DNA from: Methanotrichaceae archaeon
GTDB taxonomy: Archaea > Halobacteriota > Methanosarcinia > Methanotrichales > Methanotrichaceae
Direction: 5' to 3'
NCBI GenBank assembly: GCA_963813075.1
Contig: CAWEXU010000004.1
Span: forward strand, 224,001-288,000
DNA length: 64,000 nt
Shown: positions 10,853 through 21,636 of the stretch, one piece after another
Numbering within the stretch: the first letter of the stretch is position 1
Layout: every line of letters begins with the position of its first letter
The notes under the pieces: model-generated
Databases searched by the model: none
The model's input: the letters and a program-made list of their open reading frames with translations, nothing else
What the model was told of the DNA's origin: nothing
Position numbers and translations under genes: made by a program

Positions 10853-10869
10853 AGTATAAATGCTTTTTC
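10853..10869 (-). promoter_or_regulatory. Putative archaeal promoter (BRE + TATA) of the eS19 operon
   Basis: Minus strand GAAAAAGCATTTATACT about 55 bp upstream of eS19. Confidence 0.6.
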
Positions 10870-11222
10870 AAGGTTTTTCTGCCCCCGGCATCTGAGCAAT
10901 GCTCAGTAGGGCGAGATTCATCAGGCTTTTCATCGATATCCGTCTTATGGTTATCGTCTTTTAAGCGGTGTTGCCAGGGCAGAAAAGGTGCTTGTACCCT
11001 GAGACTGACCCGTCAGGAGGATTCTCTTTAAGTTCGATGAAAATTTGCAGATTTGCATACCTGTTGGTGATGATATCGGTTTTCGTCTGGAAAGCGAGCG
11101 GATAAGTGGCCATAAAGTTCTTATTTTTTGAGATCATTGGAGCAGCCACTAATATCAAAAAATCAAATAAAGGTGTATAAAGCAAATGGGATTAATGTCT
11201 TCTCAGGCCAGCCCGGAAAATT

Positions 11223-12917
11223 GTGGATAGCATGATTTGGGATCTGCTTATTGCGGTGGTTCCAGCCGTAATCCTATTCCTTTACGGCATTGAGAACTTC
11301 TCGGAGGAGGTCCGGCATGTAGCCGGCGAACGCTTCCGAACCACTCTGCAGAAGGCGACGAGAACCTCTCTTCGTGGTGCACTCGCCGGTGCCGTGGTCA
11401 CCGCCCTGATCCAGTCCAGCACCGCCACCACCATCATCGCCGTAGGCCTGGTGAACGCGGGAGCGATCTCCTTTCTGGCATCACTGGGCCTCGTCATCGG
11501 TGCCAATGTGGGCACCACCCTGACTGCGCAGCTGGTCGCCTTCAAGCTGACTGCATTTGCCCCGTTGATCGTCATCGCCGGGTTCATGCTGAGCCTGATT
11601 CGCAGCCCTTATAGAGCCTATGGAAAGCCGGTATTCTATTTCGGCCTGGTGTTCTACAGCCTCAACCTGATCTCTTCTGTAGTCGCTCCCCTGCAGGATG
11701 ATCCTGAGGTCCTCTCATTGCTCTCCATGACGGACGATGTCCTGATAGCAATTGTCATCGGCTTTATCATCACAAACCTATTCCAGTCCAGCTCGGTCAC
11801 CACTGGTCTAATCGTGGTCATGGCCCAAAGCGGCCTGATCACCGCCGCTCAGGCCATTCCGGTTCTGCTGGGAGCCAATATCGGCACTTCAACCACCGGC
11901 CTCGTGGTATCCCTGAGCATGAACACCGCCGCCAAGCGCACCGCCACTGCCCAGTTCCTCTTCAATTTCCTTGGCGTCCTGCTCTTTTTGCCCTTCATAG
12001 ACAGCTTCTCCCTGCTTATCGAGGGCATAGGGGGCACAGCCGCCCAGCAGGTGGCCAATGCCCATCTAATTTTCAACTTCACCTGTGCCGCGATCTTTCT
12101 GCTGGCCATAAAGCCCTTCAGCAGCCTGATCATGCACATCCTGCCCCAAAAGGATGGGGAGATAGTCTTTGTCACCGAGCACATCACCTCCAAGCTGCCG
12201 GATGACATCCCTCTTGCGGAGTCTTTAGTGGAACGGGAGATCGTGCATATGCTCAGCATCTGCAAGGATATCTTCGATAGCACCCTGAAGGTGGCTGAGG
12301 GGAGCACCGATATGTGCTCGAGAATTGCCCATTTGCGGGACTACGTCGATTATCTGCGCACGCAGGTCATGTCTGCAATCCTCATTCTGACCAATCGTGA
12401 CATCTCCGTGGAAGAGGCGGCTCATGTTGCCATTCTGGCAAGGGTCGCCGATCTGGCCACCCTGATGGCCCATCGGATGACCTCCATGGCCAGGAGCTTC
12501 GAGCAGATGAACGAGAAGAAAATCGCCCTATCCCCGGAATCCCTGAAGGGAATCGAGGACATGGCCGCCCCCTGCAGGGAAAATATCCAGTTACTTATGA
12601 ACGTATTTCCCCAGATGCCGGAGTATATCGACAGAAAGATGCGCTCCAATGACGAGCAGCTCCGCCAGGTGCTCAACTGGCACTACAAGACTTACCTCAT
12701 TCGCCTGGTGGCGAAGAGCACATCTGGCGGCATATTCTCCGAGATCCTCTTCTCCTTCGAGAGGATAGGATCCATCATAAGAGAGCTGAGGAAGACCTCA
12801 AAGACAATGGGAATTCCAGCATCTGCCGTCCATATGCCTGATCTGATCGATCCCAACCATGAAAACGGCATTGAAAGCGACGCCATAGAGAGCGACCCTG
12901 AGCATCGGCTTGTTTAG
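11223..12917 (+). CDS. Na+/phosphate cotransporter (NptA/YjbB family) with PhoU-like C-terminus
   Basis: Two QSS(T/S) repeats with GANVGTT/GANIGTS, AHLIFN. Confidence 0.92.
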   Translation: MDSMIWDLLIAVVPAVILFLYGIENFSEEVRHVAGERFRTTLQKATRTSLRGALAGAVVTALIQSSTATTIIAVGLVNAGAISFLASLGLVIGANVGTTLTAQLVAFKLTAFAPLIVIAGFMLSLIRSPYRAYGKPVFYFGLVFYSLNLISSVVAPLQDDPEVLSLLSMTDDVLIAIVIGFIITNLFQSSSVTTGLIVVMAQSGLITAAQAIPVLLGANIGTSTTGLVVSLSMNTAAKRTATAQFLFNFLGVLLFLPFIDSFSLLIEGIGGTAAQQVANAHLIFNFTCAAIFLLAIKPFSSLIMHILPQKDGEIVFVTEHITSKLPDDIPLAESLVEREIVHMLSICKDIFDSTLKVAEGSTDMCSRIAHLRDYVDYLRTQVMSAILILTNRDISVEEAAHVAILARVADLATLMAHRMTSMARSFEQMNEKKIALSPESLKGIEDMAAPCRENIQLLMNVFPQMPEYIDRKMRSNDEQLRQVLNWHYKTYLIRLVAKSTSGGIFSEILFSFERIGSIIRELRKTSKTMGIPASAVHMPDLIDPNHENGIESDAIESDPEHRLV

Positions 12918-14200
12918 AGGTTCCGCATCAATGCCGCGGTAATCAGCAGCAAGGCTATAGGTATCACATATTTTGTGAGGTTGCGAAGAATTCTGAGCCA
13001 CCCATCCGAGAGATGGACCTGGCCAGCCAGTATATCGTCATCCGTCAGCCATCTGAAGGTTATGGCTACCAGCAGAGCGGCAATGGGAAGTCCGATCGTC
13101 CCCACAGTCACATCCAGGAGGTCCAGGATCCTTGATCCATACAGGCTCAGGTCAAAAGAGCTGTAGCTCAGGGCAGAGGGGGTGCCCGCGACCGCCAGGA
13201 GGATCATCAGAAAGATGCTCGCTTTTCTTCTGCTGGCACCGGTCTGGCCCATGATGGCAGCCACATTCATCTCCATCATGGATATCGCCGAGGTCAGGGC
13301 GGCAGAGAAGAGAAGAGCGAAGAAGGCCACGGAGAAGATCTGGCCGTAAGGCATCAGTTCAAATGCTCTGGGCAGGGTGGAGAAGGCAAGCTCTGCTCCT
13401 GAGGCCGGCTCCAGGCCGAAGGTGAAGACCAGCGAGAAGATGGCTATACCTGCCAGCATAGCGGCCAGAAGATCGGAGAAGGTGATGATCAACGCTGACT
13501 GCGGTATATTCATATCATCCTCCAGGTAGGCGCCATAGGTGATGAGAATGCCCATGCCTACTGACAGGGAGAAGAATGCCTGGCCCAATGCGGCGCTCCA
13601 TACTTCCGGACGGCTGAGCAGGGAATAATCCGGCCGGAGAAAGAAGTCCATGCCGGGGCGAAATCCGGGGAGGCTCAGGCAGAATATGGCTAAAGCCACT
13701 AAAATGAGGAAAGCGAACGGGATCATAACCGATACGATCTTCTCAATTCCAGCTTTCACCCCCAGGCTCACAATCAATCCAGTGGCAAAAACTGAGATCA
13801 GGAAATAGGCAATCGGCTGCAGCGTTGAGCTGAAGGCAGAAAAGGTGACCTCGATATTCAGAAGAGAGAAGACCAGATATGCCAGGGTCCAGCCCATTAT
13901 GACCAGGTAGTAGCTCAGTATCAAGAGGACTATCAGGCAGATCAGCCAGCCGATGACCTCAAACTTTTTTCCGGCCCGGCCAAAGGAGGCGACCAGATTT
14001 CTCCTCCAGTGCCTTCCCACCGCCATCTCCAGGATCATTAAAGGGACGGCGAGGCCCAATACGGCCAAAAAATAGGGGATTAGATAGGCTCCGCCTCCAT
14101 TCTGTCCCACCACCATTGGGAAGCGCCAGATATTGCCTATGCCCACCGCGGACCCTATGGCGGCCAGGACGAAGACCAGGCGAGAAGACCATCTATCCAA
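12914..14200 (-). CDS. Sodium-dependent transporter, SNF/NSS family
   Basis: WSSRLVFVLAAIGSAVGIGNIWRFP, GGGAYLIPY, GQAFFSLSVG. Confidence 0.95.
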   Translation of the reverse strand: MDRWSSRLVFVLAAIGSAVGIGNIWRFPMVVGQNGGGAYLIPYFLAVLGLAVPLMILEMAVGRHWRRNLVASFGRAGKKFEVIGWLICLIVLLILSYYLVIMGWTLAYLVFSLLNIEVTFSAFSSTLQPIAYFLISVFATGLIVSLGVKAGIEKIVSVMIPFAFLILVALAIFCLSLPGFRPGMDFFLRPDYSLLSRPEVWSAALGQAFFSLSVGMGILITYGAYLEDDMNIPQSALIITFSDLLAAMLAGIAIFSLVFTFGLEPASGAELAFSTLPRAFELMPYGQIFSVAFFALLFSAALTSAISMMEMNVAAIMGQTGASRRKASIFLMILLAVAGTPSALSYSSFDLSLYGSRILDLLDVTVGTIGLPIAALLVAITFRWLTDDDILAGQVHLSDGWLRILRNLTKYVIPIALLLITAALMRNL

Positions 14201-14208
14201 TTCTTTAA

Positions 14209-15084
14209 TCAGGCCTTCTTTTCTGCTCTAACTATCAGAACAGGACGGTTGGCGATCCTGGCGGTCTCATAGGTCGTGCTGCCGACAACCATCTGCTCCA
14301 GCCAGCCGGCACCGTGGGAGCTCATGGCGATCAATGATGCATCTTCGCTGTCTGCCAGAGAGCTGATCTCATGCGGTGCATCTCCCGCCTTGACATGGGC
14401 TACAACCTTCAGGCCTGGCCTCTCAATCTCCTTGACGATAGAGTTGAGCTTGCTGCCAGCCTCCCGGACGGCAGCATCGATCTGCTCGTCGCTCTCACCG
14501 CTGGATACGACATAGACCAGTCCGATCTCGCCCACCTCTTTCATGCCTTTGATGACGGATATCGCTTGCTTTGCGGGATCTGAGAAGTCGGTGGGGCAAA
14601 TGACCCTGGTAAAGAGACTCCTGCAGAACCGGCCCAGGTCATCTCCCTCCAGGACCTTGTATCGCATTATCAAAAGATCGGTTTTCCCATAGCGCAGGAC
14701 ATCGCGGGAGACGCTCCCCAGGAATAGGCCGCTTATCCGTCCTTTTCCCCGCGCCCCCACCATTATCAGTGTGGCATTCTCCTCATCTGCTACCCTCTGG
14801 ATGGTCCTGGCGATACTTCCCTCCATTATCGTCTCCACCCTGGTTTTCACATCGATCCGCAGGGCTTCTAGGTAGCGTTTCTGCTCTTCGATCTTCTTCG
14901 TGGCTTCAGCGACCTCGGCAGCCGGGTCCCATACTCGCTCCACGGTCTTTCTCTGAATCACATGCAAAAGCACCACAGCCTTCTCGCCGGGGAGCTCGGC
15001 TATGCACTCAAGCAAGTTCTGCGAATACCTGGAAAAGTCGGTTGGAATAAGAATTCTCTTGAACATAATGGCATTTAGGCTCAA
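14209..15084 (-). CDS. Universal stress protein, tandem USP domains
   Basis: ILIPTDFS..GARG..GSVS and PTDFS..SHG..GSTT. Confidence 0.93.
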   Translation of the reverse strand: MSLNAIMFKRILIPTDFSRYSQNLLECIAELPGEKAVVLLHVIQRKTVERVWDPAAEVAEATKKIEEQKRYLEALRIDVKTRVETIMEGSIARTIQRVADEENATLIMVGARGKGRISGLFLGSVSRDVLRYGKTDLLIMRYKVLEGDDLGRFCRSLFTRVICPTDFSDPAKQAISVIKGMKEVGEIGLVYVVSSGESDEQIDAAVREAGSKLNSIVKEIERPGLKVVAHVKAGDAPHEISSLADSEDASLIAMSSHGAGWLEQMVVGSTTYETARIANRPVLIVRAEKKA

Positions 15085-15163
15085 CAGTTTATCAATGTAG
15101 TGGTGTTATGTGTAGTGGTATTAAGTGGAAGCCTTATTATCAGGGAACTTGAACTGATTGAGC

Positions 15164-16090
15164 ATGTTCGTGAAGAGGCATGTGCTCAGCATGCGAGAGT
15201 TTTCCAAAGAGGAGATCGATTCCGTCCTGGACCTTGCCCAGTCCCTGGAGCCCCTGGCTCGGGGCAAGAAGAGCAGTATGCTCGCCGGCCGGATTTTGGC
15301 TCTCCTCTTCTTCGAGCCCTCAACCAGAACCCGAATGTCCTTTGAAACCGCGATGAAAAGGCTGGGAGGAAGCGTGATCAACCTCGGTCCGGCAGAAGGC
15401 AGCTCCATCTCCAAGGGCGAGTCGCTGGCGGATACCGTCCGGGTGATAGGGGGCTACGCTGATGCCCTGGTCATCCGCCATCCCAAGGAGGGCTCAGCCC
15501 GTCTGGCCTCCCAGTTCTCGCCTGTGCCGGTTCTCAACGCCGGGGACGGGGCGGGTCACCACCCCACCCAGACCCTGCTGGACCTGTATACCATCAGAAA
15601 GGAGAGCCGCCTGGAGAATTTGCATATCGCCCTGGTTGGCGATCTGAAGTACGGCCGCACCGTCCATTCTCTGGCTTATGCCCTCTCCCTTTATGGAGCA
15701 GACATCACCCTGGTATCGCCACCCACCCTGAGGATGCCCGATCCCATCAAGACCGACCTTTCCAGCAAGGGCACCATTGTGCGCGAGACATCAGACCTGG
15801 GAGAGGTGATAGACCATGTGGATGTGCTCTATATGACCCGCATCCAGAAAGAGAGGTTCCCTGACCCGGTGGAGTACCAGAAGGTGGCCAGCAGCTACCG
15901 TATCACCCCGGAATCCTTAGCCGGCTCGCAGGAGAATCTGATCATCATGCACCCCCTTCCCCGGGTGGATGAGATCGCCCCCTCGGTTGATGATACGGCA
16001 CATGCTCGCTACTTCCAGCAGTCCTTTTACGGGGTCCCGGTGAGAATGGCTCTATTGAAGATGCTCCTTGAAGGTGATCAGGTTGACTGA
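15164..16090 (+). CDS. pyrB: Aspartate carbamoyltransferase catalytic subunit
   Basis: FFEPSTRTRMSF, HPTQTLLD, GDLKYGRTVHS, HPLPR. Confidence 0.98.
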   Translation: MFVKRHVLSMREFSKEEIDSVLDLAQSLEPLARGKKSSMLAGRILALLFFEPSTRTRMSFETAMKRLGGSVINLGPAEGSSISKGESLADTVRVIGGYADALVIRHPKEGSARLASQFSPVPVLNAGDGAGHHPTQTLLDLYTIRKESRLENLHIALVGDLKYGRTVHSLAYALSLYGADITLVSPPTLRMPDPIKTDLSSKGTIVRETSDLGEVIDHVDVLYMTRIQKERFPDPVEYQKVASSYRITPESLAGSQENLIIMHPLPRVDEIAPSVDDTAHARYFQQSFYGVPVRMALLKMLLEGDQVD

Positions 16091-16571
16091 ATTGGATAGA
16101 ATTAAGGAAGAGCCCCGAGGGCTGCGGGTAAAGCCCATCAATAATGGGACGGTGATCGACCACATCGCCGGCGGCCAGGCGTTGAACGTCCTCAAGATCC
16201 TGGGCATATCCGGCACCACTGACGCCACGGTTTCCGTGGTGATGAATGTCGAGAGCAAGAAGCTGGGCAAGAAGGATATAGTCAAGGTCGAGGACCGGGA
16301 GCTGCGAGAGGAGGAACTGAACCGGATCGCTCTGATCGCTCCGGCAGCTTCCATCAATATCATCCGCAACTGCAAGGTGATTGAGAAGAGGCCGGTGGAT
16401 CTGCCCGATGAGATAGTGGGCGTGGTGCGCTGCCAGAATCCCAACTGCATATCCAATACCTATGAGCCGATAAAATCCCGAATGCTGGTCAAGGCCAAAA
16501 ATCCGGTGTCTCTCCGCTGCCTTTACTGCGAGCAGCCCCTCACCGAGAGCATAGCAGAATACTTGATCTGA
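16083..16571 (+). CDS. pyrI: Aspartate carbamoyltransferase regulatory subunit
   Basis: GTVIDHI, KKDIVKVE, CQNPNC..CLYC zinc site; start chosen after GGTGAT (ORF from 16068). Confidence 0.97.
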   Translation: MTELDRIKEEPRGLRVKPINNGTVIDHIAGGQALNVLKILGISGTTDATVSVVMNVESKKLGKKDIVKVEDRELREEELNRIALIAPAASINIIRNCKVIEKRPVDLPDEIVGVVRCQNPNCISNTYEPIKSRMLVKAKNPVSLRCLYCEQPLTESIAEYLI

Positions 16572-16686
16572 GGAGAGAGAGTTAGCGGTCTGAGACGGTT
16601 GGGGATGCGAAAGTATAAGATAGGATCGGGCAAAAAAAGGCCCCAGGTTGAGAACAAGGCTTCGCAATATCAGGATGGATATAGAT

Positions 16687-17469
16687 ATGACAGTTAAAAT
16701 TGGCGATTTCATCAGAATTGACTATACAGAGTACGTTGATGGCCAGGCAATAGCCACCACCGATAAGGATATGGCTACCGAAAAGGGAATTTTCAGCGAG
16801 GAGATCCAGTACGGCCCCCACCTGGTGGTGTTGGGAGCAGGTCAGCTGGTCAAAGGCTTTGAGGATGACCTGATCGGCAAGGAGATAGGCTACACAGGAA
16901 GGGTGGAGCTGGGACCGGAGAACGCCTTCGGACTGCATGACCCCAAGAATATCGAGATGGTGCCGCTGAACCGGTTCAAGGAGGAAAGACCTGTTCCCGG
17001 AATGCGGGTGGGAATGGAAAACCGGACGGGAATCGTCACCAGGGTGATCGGCAGAAAGGTGAGCGTAGACTTCAACCATCCTCTGGCAGGAAGGACCGTG
17101 GTCTACGAGTACACCATAAGAGAAATGGTCGAGGACCAGATCGAGAGGCTAAAAGCCCTCATCAAGACCTTTGGCCGGATGGATCTGGAGGCGGAGATAA
17201 AGGATGAGGTGGCGGTGATAACCGTCCCCTGGGAGTTGAGCTATTATAAAGAGTGGCTTATGATCCGGCGCGGCCTGGCAGATATGATCATCCAGCATCT
17301 GGGCATGAAAGAGGTTCACTATATCGAGAAGCATACCGGAGAGAAGGTCAGAGCTGAGCTCATCTCGCCCCCAGGAAAAGAGGCAGAGGCAGGATCCGAG
17401 GTGCCCTCTGATATGGAATCCAAGCCTGATGAGTCGGATTCTACCTTAGAGGATACAAAAGCGGTCTGA
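16687..17469 (+). CDS. Long-type archaeal FKBP peptidyl-prolyl isomerase (SlyD-like)
   Basis: GAGQLVKGFE, PENAFG, VDFNHPLAG. Confidence 0.93.
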   Translation: MTVKIGDFIRIDYTEYVDGQAIATTDKDMATEKGIFSEEIQYGPHLVVLGAGQLVKGFEDDLIGKEIGYTGRVELGPENAFGLHDPKNIEMVPLNRFKEERPVPGMRVGMENRTGIVTRVIGRKVSVDFNHPLAGRTVVYEYTIREMVEDQIERLKALIKTFGRMDLEAEIKDEVAVITVPWELSYYKEWLMIRRGLADMIIQHLGMKEVHYIEKHTGEKVRAELISPPGKEAEAGSEVPSDMESKPDESDSTLEDTKAV

Positions 17470-17539
17470 GAAGAAGAGAAGAAAACATTTTTTTTTCAGA
17501 GCCTCGACCCAAATGATCTGCATCTTATCGAGGCGAGAT

Positions 17540-17641
17540 GCCCGGCGGCAATTTTTCCTGCCGGGCCCATCACCTTATGCCCGCACCCAGATATGTCTCT
17601 TGAGATAGCTCCCTGGTTTTTTTATTTTTTTTTTATTTTTA
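17540..17641. terminator. Hairpin plus T-tract between convergent genes
   Basis: gcccggc...gccgggc stem near 17540-17567 and long T-run near 17617-17640. Confidence 0.5.
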
Positions 17642-17670
17642 TATTCGTAATGAGTATTCGTGGTGTGTAT

Positions 17671-18126
17671 CTAGCGGAAGAACATTCCGCCAGGGTACGA
17701 TGACCAGGACCAGCTGCTCGAGTAGTAGTACGTGGTCGAGCCCAGTCCGTAGACATTCACTGCCCACCAGGGGTCGTAAACCACCGGATCGTAGTATGCC
17801 ACGGGAGTGGTTACCACGGGGGTTGTTACCACTGGAGCGGTATATGTGTAGACGGGAGAGTAGGTCTGGTAATAGTAGGCCGGATAGTAGTAGGTCGGGT
17901 AGTAGCTGTAGGTATAGGTCGGATAGTAGCTGTAGGTGTAGTAGTATCCTCCCGGGTTGAGCCAGTCGTAGAAACCGCCATAGTCATGATGATCATAACC
18001 ATCAGATGGTTTTCCGTGATGAGGATATCCGTCCTGACCCTCAAAGGCTGCCCCTACGGCGACCAAGAGTCCCAATGCGAGCACTGTCAATATCAACTTG
18101 ATTGCTTTTATTTCTGATTCCTCCAT
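17671..18126 (-). CDS. Secreted Tyr/Thr/Pro-rich low-complexity protein
   Basis: Signal-like N-terminus (LILTVLALGLLVAVGAA), about 31 Tyr in 151 aa, internal repeats. Confidence 0.7.
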   Translation of the reverse strand: MEESEIKAIKLILTVLALGLLVAVGAAFEGQDGYPHHGKPSDGYDHHDYGGFYDWLNPGGYYYTYSYYPTYTYSYYPTYYYPAYYYQTYSPVYTYTAPVVTTPVVTTPVAYYDPVVYDPWWAVNVYGLGSTTYYYSSSWSWSSYPGGMFFR

Positions 18127-18452
18127 AGATCCTGTTCCCCAGCTAAATATTAAAAGGTGATTTTTATGTAGATATCACCTAGCGTCTATATGACTCCTCC
18201 ATGAACCTACTGATAACGAACTGAACCTTTTTCGGGATGATTCATGGGGTATGAAATAAAAAAATATAATATCATAACGATATCATGCGGCATGGTTTTC
18301 ATCGGCTGCAGTGATGCTCCTTGCCGGGATATAGATCCACTCCCTGGGATGATCCAGGAGATTTTTCGATATCTATCGACCTGGCGGCTGCATCGCGAAG
18401 GTTCATAAAAATTATATCAGTTTTAACGCTGTTATCTAATTGTGCGCGCCGG

Positions 18453-19073
18453 TCATTTTTCAGGCACTTCTATATGGAGGGTGTTCAGCATATCCCGGAT
18501 GACCTCCCAGGGGAAGGTGGATATGACCCGGCAGTCGGTCTTTCCTCGGTAGACCCCGTCCTCATATTCTCTGCCATCGGGAGAGTAGCTGGCTGCGACG
18601 ATGAGATCACCCTCCTCATACTGCCCCCCGCCCAGGTCCTGCCTCTCGAAGCGGAAGTTGCCCAGCACCCCCGGCTTTCCATCGATCAGAGGCTGATAGA
18701 TGACTGGCTCGTCCGCTCCTGCATTCACCAGTGCGTCCCAGACGATATACGCATTGGCGGTTTTATTGGCGAGCATCGGCACATCATATCGGGTGAGCAT
18801 GAGGAAGATGAAGTGATCACTGCTGTCCACAGTCAGGTTGTATCGGCTGAAATTGATACCCTGCAAGGTGGCTCCCTGGGTGGGAGCTTCAACCACCACG
18901 GTGTAGTCCTCAGTGGTATTCATATCAAATGAGACATTGTAGGGGCCCACCGGTCCGTATTCATGAGCCGCATAGGCAGAAGAAGCCAGCTGTAGCATCA
19001 GGAGAAGGGCGAGATAGAGCAGCTTTCGTCCCCCATGAATCTCTCGTGCCGCCATCATCATTAAGAAGCCCAA
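18453..19073 (-). CDS. Secreted hypothetical protein
   Basis: Signal peptide ending SAYA, several NxS/T sequons, host-like codon usage. Confidence 0.75.
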   Translation of the reverse strand: MGFLMMMAAREIHGGRKLLYLALLLMLQLASSAYAAHEYGPVGPYNVSFDMNTTEDYTVVVEAPTQGATLQGINFSRYNLTVDSSDHFIFLMLTRYDVPMLANKTANAYIVWDALVNAGADEPVIYQPLIDGKPGVLGNFRFERQDLGGGQYEEGDLIVAASYSPDGREYEDGVYRGKTDCRVISTFPWEVIRDMLNTLHIEVPEK

Positions 19074-19208
19074 TTCTCCAGGGACCCATTTTATCCTTTT
19101 GGTGGGGGACAGCAGCCTTTGGTGCCTGAACGCTTCATCATGCCAGTCATTGAATCGATCCTGAAAATACTGTAAGGCCGGGCCACACAGAAAAAAAGAT
19201 GGGGGCGA

Positions 19209-20787
19209 TCAACTGTATGCGGGCAGATCGAGCAGCCTGGGATCGATGAGCGCCCGGCCCACAGTGAAGTGGTACAGGTCCTGATACCCGAAGCCTGAGA
19301 GGCCGAGCATGCGGTGCACTGCATCATCGAAAAAGCAGCCTATGCCGCATCCCCTAAAGCCCGTCGCCTCGCTTGACAGGTACAGCGCCTGGCCGATCAT
19401 GCCGCATTCCCAGTAGAGCCGGGAGTAAAACCAGGGACCATACTCCTCAATAGGCTCTTTAAACGCGGATATCATGGCGGCAGCAAAGCATCCGTCCGAT
19501 GCGATATCCTGCCGGCAGGAGGACTCTTTCGCTGCCAGACGAGCGTCGCCCTGGGCGAGCTGGTAGAGCTCAAGGCCCGGTGGCATGCGCGATGGCCTCA
19601 CCCAGAGGAAGTCCGGGTCCATTGCCCCTTTTAGACTCTCTTTTGCCTTCCCGTCCCGCAGGAGGATGTACAGCCCCCGATCCATCTCCTCCACCCGGTG
19701 GACGAAGAGCACTGGATTGACCTGCGGCCTCCAGGGAAGGCCGGGCTTTGCCCGCTCGGGCAGGGTCGCCTTCAGTATGGCCTGAAAGCTATCCAGTGGC
19801 ATCGTGGCCCCTCCGTCCATGGCCTGCGCGCTGCGTCTCCGGCGAAGGAGGTGGCAGTATTCCCGGGATAGATCTATTGAGGCATCGAAATCTACTTCTC
19901 GAGAGTAGACTTTCCTGGTGTGAGGCTTTTTCGCCGCCTCGCTTGCCATATCGATCTCCTCCCAGGGAACGATGGCCTGGCTCAGGATATTGGGTCGAAG
20001 GGATAGGGGCTCGGTCTCAAGATCTCTGATGGAGTCCAGGCTCTCCAGTCTCGTGGGGAGTACCATCGCAGAATAAGGCAAGCATCAGGTCGGGGCGCTC
20101 TTTTCCCGCGAGGCCATCTATCAATTTATCCGGCCCATTCCATAGAATCCTGGCCAGCTCATCTGTGCCCATATCATCCTCTAAGGATAGGGTCCAGCCC
20201 AGGCATCGAGCCGATTCGCCTGTCGCGGCCAGAGCATGACCCAGATCAAGCATGCAGTAGCGAAAGGCCCTTGCCCCATACTTCCAGGACTCGCGCCAGT
20301 AGATTGAGGTGAAGACGAGCAAAAGGGTGCCCGAAGGGAGGTGAAGCGACTGCCAGCTCTCCTTTTTTATTCCGGCCAGATGCTCCAGGGAATGATCCTT
20401 CGGTTGGTAGTGATAAACGCCTGGGGAGAGGTCAAGTTCCCCGTCCCCTCCGGCTAAAAGATAGCACTCCGTGGGATGGAGGTTGCCGCTGGAGGGATTG
20501 ACCCTTAATGTCCATTCTGAGCCGGCGACGGCTTTCCTGCCGGAGAGGGCCAGGCTCTCGAAGAAGAAGCGGGAGAGGGTTTCTCTGTTCAGAGGGTACG
20601 GCCTGCCCGTGGCAGCAATCCCTTCGAACCCCAGGCGGTCGAGAGCTATCCGCCCCGACCCCTCATAGCTGCGGAAGGGATCGGGCTGATTTGCCCAGTC
20701 CATCCTCCCCGGACTGCGAGCCATTCGATTGGGCTGGTGCTTGGTCTCCTGATGATAAGCTATTATCCTTTCCAGTGCGCCGGACAT
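19209..20787 (-). CDS. SagB/ThcOx-family (tandem nitroreductase) protein, split by a frameshift near 20030-20065
   Basis: 5' ORF: YHQETKH, LRVNPSSGNLHPTECY, RESWKYGARAFRYC; 3' ORF: RRRRSA, CRQDIA, LYWECGMIGQ, GIGCFFDD, LYHFTVG. Confidence 0.85.
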
Positions 20788-20817
20788 AGAATTTTCCCCC
20801 CATATCCTAAGTCAAAT

Positions 20818-21636
20818 TCAGCCGTCCCGGGGATAAGACCCCAGGACCTTTACCATTCCCGCTTTGGCCCTGATTTTCTCCAGGGCGTCTAAAACCAGGC
20901 TGTTATCCTGATGCCCTTCCAGGTCGATATAGAAGTAATAGTCTCCCAGACCTTTCCGGCTGGGCCTGGACTCGATTCTTGTCAGGTTTATGCCCCGTTC
21001 GGCGAACTCCTGCAATATGGAGTAAAGAGCTCCCGGCCGGTCCCTGGCCAGGTAGATGATAAGCGAGGTCTTGTCCCTGCCCGTGGCCGGGGGGATCTGC
21101 CGTCCGGCCACGATGAATCGTGTGACGTTTTCTTTCACATCCTGCACATCCCTGGCCAGGACGCGCAGGCCGTACCTTTCTGCAGCCCCTGCATCGGCTA
21201 TTGCCGCCATCTCTCCAAACTCCTGGGCCAGGCGGGCGGCATGGCTGGTCGATCCCGTGGTCCTGATCTCCGCTCCGGGATAATGCTCTCTTAAGAACTG
21301 GCGGCACTGGGCCAGAGCCTGGGGATGGGAGAGGATGACCTTTATCTCACCCTCACCCCGGCCCACCAGGCAGTGCCTCACCGGAACTCGAACCTCCCCC
21401 ACGATCACCACATTCAGCTGCAGGAGGAGGTCGTTGACCACCGTGACCGCTCCTTCCAGGCTGTTTTCCAGGGGGACGATTCCATAGTCCAGGTGGCCCT
21501 CTTCCACCGCCTGCAGGACCCCGTCAAAGTCCTTGAAATAATTCAGGCTCACCGATGGCATGCCCTCCGACCAGATCAAAGCCGCCTTCTCCGAGTAGGT
21601 CCCCTCCGGGCCGAGAACTCCGATCCTCGTTTTCAA
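20818..21636 (-). CDS. pheA: Prephenate dehydratase
   Basis: LGPEGTYSE, PLENSLEG, SHPQALAQC, TRF, NLTRIESRP (ACT domain). Confidence 0.97.
   Translation of the reverse strand: MKTRIGVLGPEGTYSEKAALIWSEGMPSVSLNYFKDFDGVLQAVEEGHLDYGIVPLENSLEGAVTVVNDLLLQLNVVIVGEVRVPVRHCLVGRGEGEIKVILSHPQALAQCRQFLREHYPGAEIRTTGSTSHAARLAQEFGEMAAIADAGAAERYGLRVLARDVQDVKENVTRFIVAGRQIPPATGRDKTSLIIYLARDRPGALYSILQEFAERGINLTRIESRPSRKGLGDYYFYIDLEGHQDNSLVLDALEKIRAKAGMVKVLGSYPRDG

Noticed and set aside
10961..11185. 74-aa minus-strand ORF
   Set aside because: No recognisable motif; lies in an intergenic promoter region
19209..20787. RiPP (azole peptide) biosynthetic cluster
   Set aside because: No YcaO, precursor peptide or transporter adjacent; stand-alone SagB-like nitroreductases are common
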